A DNA stretch of 64,000 bases from Guillardia theta CCMP2712 (Eukaryota; Protista; Cryptophyta), in NCBI RefSeq assembly GCF_000315625.1, contig NW_005434566.1:1-64000 (forward strand), written 5' to 3'. The position numbers and the translations under genes are program-made. A model generated the notes under the pieces. It worked only from the letters and a program-made list of their open reading frames with translations, ran no database searches and was not told where the DNA came from. Shown here piece by piece: positions 53,156-64,000 of the stretch (the stretch's first letter is position 1; each line of letters opens with the position of its first letter).

Positions 53156-53507
53156 TCCCTAGGCTCGACTGACAGCGGTCAGTCGCCGGATGCATCCGGG
53201 TATCGCGTCTAAGGGAGCTTCATCTCGGACTTCGCCATGCTCCTGCTGCTGGGCGCTGCCGCGTGAGGGTGCCAGCAGTGCTGGTTCTTTTCCGCCCGTG
53301 ACGGCGGCGACGCCGCAGCAATGCCCAAGGACCGGCGTCTACCACTGACTCGGCTACCGCTGACTCGGAGGCTAGCGAGGAGGACTACCTCGAGCGGTAC
53401 CGTGTTCCTGTGTCCAGCCTCCCTCCGTCCGCTGCCCCAGGCGGACCCCCGGGCAACGCCGGCTCCTTGTCGGCGGCTGCCCTTTCTCCGTCCGCGGCCG
53501 CCCGCTT

Positions 53508-53599
53508 CTCGCTGTGGACTGTGTGCCTGCCGGTTCAGCTTGTTCCTGCTTGTTTTGCTTGAGGCACTTTTTACCTTCTGCCAGTAAATCCTATACTCT
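53508..53599 (+). mobile_element. 92-bp 3'-end copy nested in another copy, TSD CCCGCTT
   Basis: CCCGCTT at 53501-53507 and 53600-53606. Confidence 0.9.
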
Positions 53600-54237
53600 C
53601 CCGCTTTGTGGCGGCAGCGGACGTCTCGACAGTGGTCAGTCGGCTGCCTCAGCAGCAGCAGCAGCAGCAGCAGTAACTTCGGCGGTCACCTCGGCACCTG
53701 CAGCCCTCGTCCCTCCCACAGCAGCAGCTGCAGGAGTCGGAGCAGCTGCAACCGCCCCAGCAGCCCTCGCGAGGGCGGCGGCAAAGGCAGAAACAGCCAC
53801 AGCCGCCGCAGCCGCAGCCCACAATGGATCCGCAGCCGCAGCCGCAGCCGCAGCCGCAGCCGCAACACCACCGCCGCTGTCGGCCGCTGCCCTTTCTCCG
53901 TCCGCGGCCGCCCGCTTTGTGGCGGCAGCGGACGTCTCGACTGACAGTGGCCAGTCGGCTGCCTCCGGGTATCGCGTCTAAGGGATGTTATTCCTCCTGC
54001 ATGCTCCTGCTGCTTGTTGTTTGATTGCCTGACCCTTAGGCTGCTTGTCTGCGCGGCTTCGCGCTTGGGCTGGCGCTGCCGCGTCTGGGTGCCAGCAGTG
54101 CTGGTTCTTTTCGGGCTTGTGTTTTGTGTGTGTTTGTGCAGCTTCTCGCTGTGGACTGTGTGCCTGCCGGTTCAGCTTGTTCCTGCTTTGTTTTGCTTGA
54201 GGCACTTTTTATCTTCTGCCAGTAAATCCTATACTCC

Positions 54238-57200
54238 TCCAAGGGGTCCTTCTTGGCCAAATGCCGGATCTTCTTATTCCTGCCCTGTCAGCCATTCGTC
54301 GAGGAGGCAGATTTATTCCCCTCTCCAAGGGAGCTGATAAACCTGGTCTCCGGCCAATTGTCATCGGTTCTGCACACCGTCGACTCGCGACGAAGCTTGC
54401 TTTGGCAGCGATTCGCTCATTTCTTGACCAGCACTTCCTCTCGTCTCACCCTCGAGCGATTCAGTTCGGACTCGATCGAGACGGCTGTCTGAAGTTCTCG
54501 CAAACCGCGTCAGCGCTCCTGCCCCTTCACGCTCGCGGTGATGATGAGGATGTTGCCAACCCCACAGTGCTGGTGAGTTTGGATGCAAAGAACGCCTTCA
54601 ACTCCCTCGACCGCCAGGCTCTCTTCGATGCAATCGAGGGACGTGCGAGTCGCGTCGGACTACTTTGATGGGAGCATCACTGAAGGCGCTCGCTTGCCCT
54701 CTTGCGAGCATCTCCGTTTGTTCGCCTCCTACCTCTCCAGCTACTATGGAGACTCTGCTGACCTTCGACTCTTTCACAAAAGTCAGTCAGCCTCCGTTCA
54801 GTGTACCTCGGGCGTCTGTCAGGGCGATGTCCCCTCCAGCGTATTTTTCTGCCACAGTATCCACCCCCTGCTCCTCCATATCGCAGAGCTTTTTCCCTCT
54901 GTTCGAGTCTTGGCCTATGCTGACAACGTCGTGCTTGTCGGTCCACTCGAGGATGCCGTTGCAGCTACGTCCGCTATGAAGAAGTACATGTTGGCTGATC
55001 TGAAGCTCGAGATTCAACCTCGCGAGTCGAAAGTTTACATCCCCTCCTGGCATCAACACCCTGATCTCTCGCAGCTGAAGAAGAGCCTTAAGCGCCGTCT
55101 CAAGACTCAACTTCTTCACTTCGAGGTCGTCACTGGCGGGATTACACTTGGCGGCCTGCCTATCGGCACGCGCTCGGATGGATTTCATGCCAGGCTAGTC
55201 AGCTCCGAGCGAAGGTTTCTACCCTCAACGAAGAGCTCTCGAAGCTCGGGCTCGTCCAGCATGGCTTCATGTTCAAGACGCTGGTGAGGGCGAGCCATCT
55301 CCAGAAGCTGCGCTTCTTCCTCCAGGGGTCTTCTCCGTTTCTCCCGCCAGTAAATCCTATATACCCGCGGGTCCAATCACAGATTCGTCGCTTTGACCTC
55401 TCTGTCCACCTGGCGCTTGAGAAATACCACCGCTGGCCTTCCTCGCAGTACCTCGCCGAGTCGCCGCGCATCCCGACCTGCTAGAGTTTGCGAGGTTCAA
55501 GCGGGAGCTTCCGCATAGTCGGGGAGGGGACGAGTTCACGCCCTCTGAGGGTCTACACCCCGCTGTTTACTATACGGCTATCGCTCGCTTCCTCGCTTGG
55601 TACTCTGACCAGCCGATGTCCCGGACGCTGCCCTCTCCTCATAGCCTGGACGTTCACTGCTCGAGATCTCTCCGTGCCCAGAAACATCCTCTGGCGACCT
55701 TCTTCGTTGAGGCGCACGACTTCGTTCATAATGCTGGAGCGATCCTCTACCGTCGTGTGAGGGCTCCTGCACCGGCTGCAGATGGCGCGGCGATCGAGTC
55801 CCACCTGCCCCGGCTGCTGTGCCTGATGACGCAGGACGCCCCCCGGCATCTGTGGTACACATCCCTGGTTTGCGCGCTCTCGTCGACTCGTCTCATGAGC
55901 ACTTCATTCCTCCCCCTGCGCAGCGAAATGTGACCCCTCTTGTCATGCGCGTCTTCCCTCGCCATGTGCATGCTCGCGCTGCGCTGACCGATCAGCAGCG
56001 TGATATCCTCACCTTGCACAGCCGCAGGACACACTCGCTCAAGTCGCAGGATAGGGTCTTGCAGTCTACCATCTTCGCTCATTTTCCTGAGCGAGACCTG
56101 AGCCACTCTCCGATGCGAGTCTCGAGCTACTACCCCCTCAAGGCCTTCCCGCACCGCTATGCTCAGATGCTCGACTGCTATCTCCATGGCATGCCGATCT
56201 GCCAGTGTCCGACGAAATGTGATGGATGTCAGCGCGAGCTCGACCCCTCCGTTGCTGCACATCATCTCCAGACCTGCAAACGCCGATCCTCCAAGCTTCC
56301 CACGGCGCATGACAACCTTACTCGTACGATTCGGTCGATGCTGAACGAAGCTGGTCTTCAGAGCGTCATCGATACAGTGGGGGATCCTCGTTCTCGACGG
56401 CAGGTACCCTCCCATCCTCATGGCCGCAAGATGAAGGGCGATATCCACATCCCTGGAATCCGCGATCGAGGGTCCGAGCAGTACGAGGGCTTGATGGCGG
56501 ACGTGACGTTGGTCCACCCTTACATTGGTAGCTCTGCCGACCTGACCAAGTGGGGGGAGGTCAACCTCGACGCCCTCCATGTTGCAGCGTCTGAGAAGAT
56601 TCGCAAACATCGCGCTGCATATGCTATGCCTACTCCTCCTCGAGCGTTCATCCCTCTTGCCATCTCGACGGACGGTACCCTGCATCCTGACACCCTCCGC
56701 TTCATCTGGTATCTGGCGGACATCATTGCTCAGCGCTCGATGCCTCTTGAGGATGCGGCGTTTGGTCGGCACTTCGTGCCTGATGACGGACCTGCTGCTG
56801 AGGTCTTGGCTCGCAAACGCGCCGCCACCTATCAGCGCCTCACCATGCAGCTGACGCTGGAAGCGCTCTTGTCTGGTGCGAGGCGCATGACGCCCTTGCG
56901 GGCGCAAGCACTTCTCGAGCCAGAGGACAGCTCCTCCTCGGACTTTGTCGAGTCGCCCGAGGAGTCTTCGCCGGAGGTCTCCGACTCCGATGGGGGAAAC
57001 CCTTCGAGTGGCCCCGACGATCGGCGCGGAGCTGGCGACTCGGAGGCGTCTCCGTCCCTCACAGTGACGTCGGGTGCCTCCGGAGAGCTCGACACCACTG
57101 GGGTGCTTGCTGCTGGTCCGAGCTCGCCTGCTTCCTCCCCGGCATCGGTCGGGTCACGCCGGTCCTTGGGCATTGCCGCGGCGTCGCCGCCGTCACGGCT

Positions 57201-57687
57201 ACCGCTGACTCGGCTACCGCTGACTCGGAGGCTAGCGAGGAGGACTACCTCGAGCGGTACCGTGTTCCTGTGTCCAGCCTCCCTCCGTCCGCTGCCCCAG
57301 GCGGACCCCCGGGCAACGCCGGCTCCTTGTCGGCGGCTGCCCTTTCTCCGTCCGCGGCCGCCCGCTTTGTGGCGGCAGCGGACGTCTCGACTGACAGTGG
57401 TCAGTCGGCTGCCTCCGGGTATCGCGTCTAAGGGATGTTATTCCTCCTGCATGCTCCTGCTGCTTGTTGCTTGATTGCCTGACCCTTAGGCTGCTTGTCT
57501 GCGCGGCTTCGCGCTTGGGCTGGCGCTGCCGCGTCTGGGTGCCAGCAGTGCTGGTTCTTTTCGGGCTTGTGTTTTGTGTGTGTTTGTGCAGCTTCTCGCT
57601 GTGGACTGTGTGCCTGCCGGTTCAGCTTGTTCCTGCTTTGTTTTGCTTGAGGCACTTTTTACCTTCTGCCAGTAAATCCTATACTAT
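54238..57687 (+). pseudogene. Longest retrotransposon copy: reverse transcriptase, zinc knuckle, RLE, 3' UTR; 5'-truncated and frameshifted
   Basis: RT motifs IPLSK..GLRPIVIG..RRL, QFG, LDAKNAFN, GVCQGD, YADN (54916-54927, expected YADD); RLE motifs in ORF 55819..57474; ends CCAGTAAATCCTATACTAT. Confidence 0.92.
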
Positions 57688-57689
57688 CC

Positions 57690-59311
57690 CCAGACGCGAT
57701 ACCCGTATAGGATGTACTGGCAGAAGGTAACTGAAAAGTGCCTCAAGCAAAACAAAACATCTGTGTACCTGCCGGTTCAGCTTGTTCCTGCTTTGTTTTG
57801 CTTGAGGCACTTTTTATCTTCTGCCAGTAAATCCTATCCTATACCTACCTGTGACTATAGGATTTACTGGCAGAGGGTAAAAAGTGCCTCAAGCAAAACA
57901 AAGCAGGAACAAGCTGAACCGGCAGGCACACAGTCCACAGCGAGAAGCTGCACAATCACACACAAAACACAAGCCCGAAAACAACNNNNNNNNNNNNNNN
58001 NNNNNNNNNNNNNNNNNNNNNNNNNNNNNNNNNNNNNNNNNNNNNNNNNNNNNNNNNNNNNNNNNNNNNNNNNNNNNNNNNNNNNAGTGAAATGTGTGGT
58101 TCTGTACGGTACGTGCGCTTCCCCGGTGGTCCCCCACCCGTTCACAGTCTTCTGCCTGTTGCTTGATTGCTTGACCCTTCGGCTGCTTGTTTGCGCGGNN
58201 NNNNNNNNNNNNNNNNNNNNNNNNNNNNNNNNNNNNNNNNNNNNNNNNNNNNNNNNNNNNNNNNNNNNNNNNNNNNNNNNNNNNNNNNNNNNNNNNNNTT
58301 TGTGTGTGATTGTGCAGCTTCTCGCTGTGAGCTGTGTGCCTGGAGGTTTAGCTTGTTCCTGCCTTGTTTTGCTTGAGGCACTTTTTTACCTTCTGCCAGT
58401 AGATATAGGATTACTTGGCAGAAGATAAAAAGTGCCTCAAGCAAAACAAAGCAGGAACAAGCTGAACCGGCAGGTACACAGTCCACAGCGAGAAGCTGCA
58501 CAAACACACACAAAACACAAGCCCGAAAAGAACCAGCACTGCTGGCACCCAGACGCGGCATCGCCAGCCCAAGCGAGAAGCCGCGCAGACAACCAGTAAA
58601 TCCTATAACTTCCACTGTTTCGATGACGCTCTGCAGACTTATAGGATTTACTGGCAGAAGATAAAAAGTGCCTCAAGCAAAACAAAGCAGGAACAAGCTG
58701 AACCCGCAGGTACACAGTCCACAGCGAGAAGCTGCACAAACACACACAAAACACAAGCCCGAAAAGAACCAGCACTGCTGGCACCCAGACGCGGCATCGC
58801 CAGCCCAAGCGAGAAGCCGCGCAGACAAGCAGCCTAAGGGTCAAGCAATCAAGCAACAAGCAGCAGGAGCATGCAGGAGGAATAAAATCCCTTAGACGCG
58901 ATACCCGGAGGCAGCCGACTGACCACTGTCGCAGACCAGCTTCGTTCAGCATCGACCGAATCGTACGAGTAAGGTGGACGGTAATGGATTTACTGGTTGT
59001 CATGCGCCGTGGGAAGCTTGGAGGATCGGCGTTTGCAGGTCTGGAGATGATGTGCAGCAACGGAGGGGTCGAGCTCGCGCTGACATCCATCACATTCCGT
59101 CGGACACTGGCAGATCGGCATGCCATGGAGATAGCAGTCGAGCATCTGAGCATAGCGATGCGGGAAGGCCTTGAGGGGGTAGTAGCTCGAGACCCGCATC
59201 GGAGAGTGGCTCAGGTCTCGCTCAGGAAAATGAGCGAAGATGGTAGACTGCAAGACCCTATCCTGCGACTTGAGCGAGTGTGTGCAAGGTGAGGATATCA
59301 CGCTGCTGATC
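57690..59311 (-). mobile_element. Cluster of mostly antisense and head-to-head retrotransposon 3' fragments (includes two N-gaps)
   Basis: Repeated TAGGATTTACTGGCAGAAG (reverse complement of the tail); nested insert 58639-58930 with TSD GCAGAC (58633-58638, 58931-58936). Confidence 0.85.
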
Positions 59312-59960
59312 CTAAGTTTCGACAAAAGCGATGTACGGAACACAAACAGAAGCAAAGTAACCAGCACTGCTGGCAACCAGGGCCCTACAGTGACTGCCAG
59401 CCCACGCGCGGAGCCACGTAGACAGCAGAGAGGGGCAAGCGACGAGCATGGGACGCGATACCCGGACGGGCTGCCGCCCGGGCAGGGGGTCCGCCTGGGA
59501 CAGCCGCGCGGTCGCCGGGACATCGGCGTGGAGTCTGGGGGCCTTGCATGCTGATCGGACGGTACCGCTCCAAGTAATGCAAACAGTCCTCCTCACTGTC
59601 CTCAGCGGGCGCAGCGGCCGCCGAGACTCGCCCGAGACCGCCATGGCGGCGACGCTGCAGCTGAGCCTGCGACTCCGCCAGCGGCGCCTTAACCAGGCTC
59701 AGAAAGCAGCAAGGCTCGGACCAGCTCAGTGCGCCGCTGTGAGCACCCTGAGTGGCGTCGAGCTCTTCGGCGGAGGCCCCATCTCGGTCGGACGTCGGAA
59801 CGGTCGAAACGGTCGGACCGTTGAACTTCGGAAGGATCCGGGCCATTCTTGATGCTTCCACCGTCAAAGTCCTAGACCTCCAGCGAAGATTCCTAGGCTC
59901 GGGCGACCCGACAGTGACAAAGTCCTCGAGGAGCGCCGCGTGACTGCCGCTGTCCAGCGT
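59312..59960 (-). mobile_element. Diverged sister-family retroelement 3' region (5' boundary uncertain)
   Basis: Shares only short blocks with the main family on the minus strand: GAGCGGTACCG, TCCGGGTATCGCGTC, GCCAGCAGTGCTGGTT. Confidence 0.6.
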
Positions 59961-60190
59961 CACTGAGCTCCGAGCTCCCGGCCCTTGAAGTGACTCTAGT
60001 ATGACGGTACGGTCGAGTCACGCAGTGGTCCGGGACTCCGGACCGCCGTCACGGCCCGGTGCCGGTGATCCACTGCAGGCCGGCGGGACCGTCCGACCGT
60101 AACGGTAGGCTCCGGGACTCTGCCGGCCCGGGGGACTCCGACGCCGGGACTCTGGCCCGGCGGGTCTGAGTCTTCCGCCCGGGCGGGAAT
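59940..60190. promoter_or_regulatory. GC/CpG-rich island upstream of the LRR gene
   Basis: Same CCGG/GAGTC-rich composition as the other islands. Confidence 0.35.
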
Positions 60191-60419
60191 GAGGGGGATG
60201 AATGAAATGAGGGGGATGATTTGATTATTCCAATCAGTTGAACAAACTATGGGCGGTGAAATGCAAGCAGAGGTAATGCGAGACGAGAAGAGAAGAGAAG
60301 AGAAGAGAGGAGAGGAGAGGAGAGGAGAGGAGAAGAGAGAGGAAGAGAGAGGAGACGAGAGGAGGAGAAGACAGAGGAGGAGGAGAGCAAAAGGATTCGG
60401 AAATGTATTGCATTAATCG

Positions 60420-63400
60420 GATGAATCATCTCAGGTAGTGGAGGACCTCTGCTTGGCTTTCTGCCGTGACACCCGAAGCGACTCCTCCTCCACTGCTGCA
60501 GAAAAGTTCAGGCATGCGCTTATCACGAACGCGAACGGCGAAGGTTGTGAGGAGGGAGAGGAGGAACGAGGGAAGCAGAATTAAGAATACTGCAGAGGTT
60601 CGGCTGAACCAGCTTCGTCTTGGCATACACAGTGGAGTAGCTCTGAGCAAGGCGCTCAAGACCATGATGCTGTCATCTCTCAACCTACATGGCAACGTCC
60701 TAAGAGACGTCGGAGCCATCGCTCTCCTACAGGTCACCTCGCACACCCCCTCCTCCCTTCTGACCCCTTGCAGCTTCTGCGTGGACATGAAACCCTCCGA
60801 CATCTCAACTTGGGCAGGTGAGGACGATACTGAGACCTGCTCCCTCATGTTTCCTACCCTGCCGCTCCCCTCCATGCTCCTCGTCTACTTCTCTCCTGCT
60901 CCTCTCCTGCTTTTTCTCTCCTGCTCCTCGTCTGCTGCGTGTCATCGCATGCCTGACAGCAACGACATCACCCACGATGGCGGAATAGCATTTGCGCGGG
61001 AGCTGAGGTGAGAGGAGGAGGAATCGGCGGGGAGTGACGGCAGTGCAGCACTTTAAGACTTCTCTCCCTGGAGCTCGGGTCTGATTTGAGCTCAATGTAC
61101 ACCAACAGGTACAAGCCCTTTCTCTCGAACAATTTGTTTTTTTTTTTTTGTTGTGTTGTGTTGTGTTGTGTTGTGTTGTGTTGTGTTGTGTTTGCTACTC
61201 TTCTTATTCTCATTCTCTGCAGATTCAACAATAAAGTTGGAGTTGCCTTTGGGGAGCAGCTCAGCGCCAACACAATCCTTCGGTGCCGCTGGCGGGGGAG
61301 AGAGGAGGAGGTGATGGGCTTGAACAGGAAGCTCGGACTGTCGAACACGGGCATTGGTAGGATGGAAGACAAGCAGGAGGACGAGAAGCAGGTTGGAGGA
61401 GGAGCAGATGGAGGAGGAGGAGGAGGAGGAGGAGGTTGACGACGAACCAGGAAGCTGCACAGTCTCTCGGAAGAATGTTGAAGGTCAACACTACTCTAGA
61501 GGTAGCTCTCGCTCACATCTTTCCCTCTCCTGATCCTTCACTTGGTCAACCCGCCTGGCTCCTCTTCTTTCTTCTTGTGCTCGTCTCTTCTTCTTTCTTC
61601 TTGTGCTCGTCTCTGCTTCTTTCTTCTTGTGCTCGTCTCTTCTTCTTTCTTCTTGTGCTCGTCTCTTCTTCTTTCTTCTTGTGCTCGTCTCTTCTTCTTT
61701 CTTCTTGTGCTCGTCTCTTCTTCTTTCTTCTTGTGCTCGTCTCTTCTTCTTTCTTCTTGTGCTCGTCTCTTCTTCTTTCTTCTTGTGCTCGTCTCTTCTT
61801 CTTTCTTCTTGTGCTCGTCTCTTCTTCTTTCTTCTTGTGCTCGTCTCTTCTTCTTTCTTCTTGTGCTCGTCTCTTCTTCTTTCTTCTTGTGCTCGTCTCT
61901 TCTTCTTTCTTCTTGTGCTCGTCTCTTCTTCTTTCTTCTTGTGCTCGTCTCTTCTTCTTTCTTCTTGTGCTCGTCTCAGCCAATGGGTCGTTGCAGGAGC
62001 TCAAGGTCGCCTCCAATAACTTCGGGACAGTTGGATCAGTTCTCATCCTCAAGGTGCTCGTGCCTCTTGCTTCGCCATCCCTTACCTCCTCGTAGGGCCT
62101 CATGGAGAACAGCGCGCTGGTTGAGCTCGACCTCTCAGGAAACAACGCAGGAGCAGGTGATGAGGGAGGGGAGGGAGAGAGGTGAGGGAGGGAGGCTGAG
62201 AGAATCTCAGATGCTGGAGTGATGGCTGGAGAGACACTGACAACCAACTCGACACTGACTTGTGAGTGAGAGAGGACAGAGAGGAAGGAGGAGGGGGAGG
62301 AGGGGGTGCGCTAAGCTTGGCTTCAGGTTTCTCTCTTGCTCGCAATAAGATCGGGTTTCATGGTACCTCTGCCATGGTCTCTCCCCCCTCATCCCCCTCA
62401 TACCTTCCCCCTCATCCCCTCACGCTCCTTCAGGCTGCTGCTCTCGTCTCAAACTCCCGATTGACCGTCCTCGACCTCTCCGACACTCAAATGCAGGTCT
62501 TTCTCCTCCCCCCCTGCTCCCCCCCCCCGCGTCCTGCTCCTCCCCCCCCTGCTCCTGCTCCTGCTCCTGCTCCTCCGCCACCGCCTCCTCCTCTCCCCCC
62601 CTCCTTCCTCCTCTTGCTGCTCCTGCTCCTGCTCCTGCTCTCCCTCCTGCTCTTGCTCTGTTCCCCCTACTCCCCCCCCTCCTCCTGCTCCTCCTGCTCC
62701 TCCTGCTCCTCCGCCTCGTTTTGCCTCTCATCTTAGCCTCCCTCCTCGAATCGTCTTCGTTTATCCTTCTCTTTCTTCACTCCTTCCTTTCTTTTCCTCA
62801 CAGGATCGTGGATGCATTGCAATGGCAAATGCATTGGAGAGCAACTGCTGCCTGACACACTTCAATGGGAGGTGAAAGTGACGATGATGATGCTGTCTTC
62901 GAGCTTGTTTCTTCGGTGATGGTGGTGATGATGAACATCGAGATGCTGGTGCTGGTGCTTCTGCTGCTATAGTTGATGTTGATGTAAACGATGTGCATGA
63001 GCAAGGGGTTGACGATAGTGTCAGTCGGAACGGTATCTCTGAGCAAGGAGGTTTGGCATGGGCTGATACTCTGTGGGCGAATTCCACGCTAAAGGTGAGG
63101 AAGGAGAAATGGAGGAGGGAGGGAGGGAGGGAGAAGAGGAGGAGGACAGAGAAGGGATGGCTTTTGCGCTATTTGAAGGGCAGAGGACGGAGGAAGGTGG
63201 AAGGTGATGTTATGTTTGCTTCAGAGTCTCAACCTTTCAGAAAATCCTCTCGGAGATGAAGTAGCGGTCAACATAGCAGGCAAGAACAGCATGCTGCTGC
63301 TGCTGCTGCTGCTGCTCGCCTTGGTGTCTGACTTGGGCTCATCGCTTGTTTGTTTCCTTGGGAATGGAGCAGGAGTTCTCTCGCAGAACGACTCGCTGAA

Positions 63401-63900
63401 GAAACTAGAGCTCTCCTCCTGCAAGCTGGTGAAGCGCTGGAGAGAAAGAGAGAGAGAGCAGCTGACAGGACACAGGGAGACGAGGGGGCTCTGTCCATCA
63501 TCGATGCCATAGAGGTGTGTGAGGGAGGAGGAAGAGGAGCTAGTGCCTGGTCGGGTGGGAGGAGGCGAGGCGAGGGAAGTGGACGAGGAGCCGTTGACGA
63601 TGGGAGCAGAAGAACACTTCCCTCACCCGCCTGCGACTTGCCAACAACCTCATCTCCGAGACAGGAGGCATGCTTCTCGCTGGTGAGGAGGAGAAGGTGG
63701 AGAAGGAGCAGGAGGGAGGGGAGGGTAGGAGGGAGAGCATAGGAGGAGAAAGCTCAATGGCTGACCAGTCGCAGGTCGCGCATGCTTCTCTTCTTCGCGT
63801 ACAGAAGGAGTGCTCGAGAAAGAAGGTGAGGGGAAGGCGAAGAGAATGAAAGGAAAGGGACTCACTATGCTCAAGCAAGCGACTGAATCAAAAGAACCAA
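60420..63900 (+). CDS. Multi-exon ribonuclease-inhibitor/NLRC3-type leucine-rich repeat protein (boundaries approximate)
   Basis: Exons encode LSSLNLHGNVLRDVGAIAL, ELKVASNNFGTVG, LVELDLSGNNAG, LTVLDLSDT, SLNLSENPLGDE, LKKLELSSC. Confidence 0.85.
61563..61977. repeat. 26-bp intronic minisatellite, about 16 copies
   Basis: Unit TCTTCTTCTTTCTTCTTGTGCTCGTC. Confidence 0.95.
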
Positions 63901-63969
63901 GTGAACTAGCTGCGCAAATTCGAGTGAGCTTCGATGATGAAAATGGAGATGTTGTTGTTGTTGTTGTAG

Positions 63970-64000
<31 letters not shown>

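Larger units (their letters stand above)
42270..59960. mobile_element. Nested array of a CRE-like non-LTR retrotransposon with restriction-like endonuclease (RLE); many 5'-truncated copies in both orientations
   Basis: The same RLE-coding and 3'-UTR sequence recurs more than ten times; most copies end ...CTTCTGCCAGTAAATCC followed by TATAC or ATTA; nested inserts carry TSDs. Confidence 0.9.

Noticed and set aside
42270-59960. DIRS/Ngaro or LTR retrotransposon with split direct repeats
   Set aside because: No tyrosine recombinase, RNase H or integrase motifs; the repeats are explained by 5'-truncated LINE copies with TSDs and an RLE domain

Overview
Eukaryotic genomic DNA from a draft assembly with five N-gaps. 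The style suggests a cryptophyte alga (inference): GC-rich exons, many 40-50 nt GT-AG introns, and microsatellite-filled introns. The left two-thirds hold host genes: a PDZ/coiled-coil protein; a single-pass receptor with two Venus-flytrap (periplasmic-binding type 1) ectodomains and a cytoplasmic RelA/SpoT-like nucleotidyltransferase domain; STT3; an HVA22/REEP protein; ornithine carbamoyltransferase; a double Zn(II)2Cys6 transcription factor; and several hypothetical proteins. This part also carries a 1.5-kb non-autonomous copia-type LTR element with a half-tRNAiMet primer site. Positions ~42.3-60.0 kb form a gene-free array of one CRE-like RLE non-LTR retrotransposon that has inserted repeatedly into itself in both orientations, with 3-7 bp TSDs and inserts from 4 bp to several kb. 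One copy is split by a 6.0-kb AT-rich virophage/Polinton-like-virus-type DNA fragment (two Dam-like methyltransferases, a T5orf172+Tudor-like gene, a truncated fibre gene). An LRR gene ends the window. The best candidates for undescribed biology are (1) the receptor-coupled alarmone-synthetase-like enzyme and (2) the self-nesting retroelement array, a possible centromere or foreign-DNA trap. All domain calls come from motifs recognised by eye; no searches were run.
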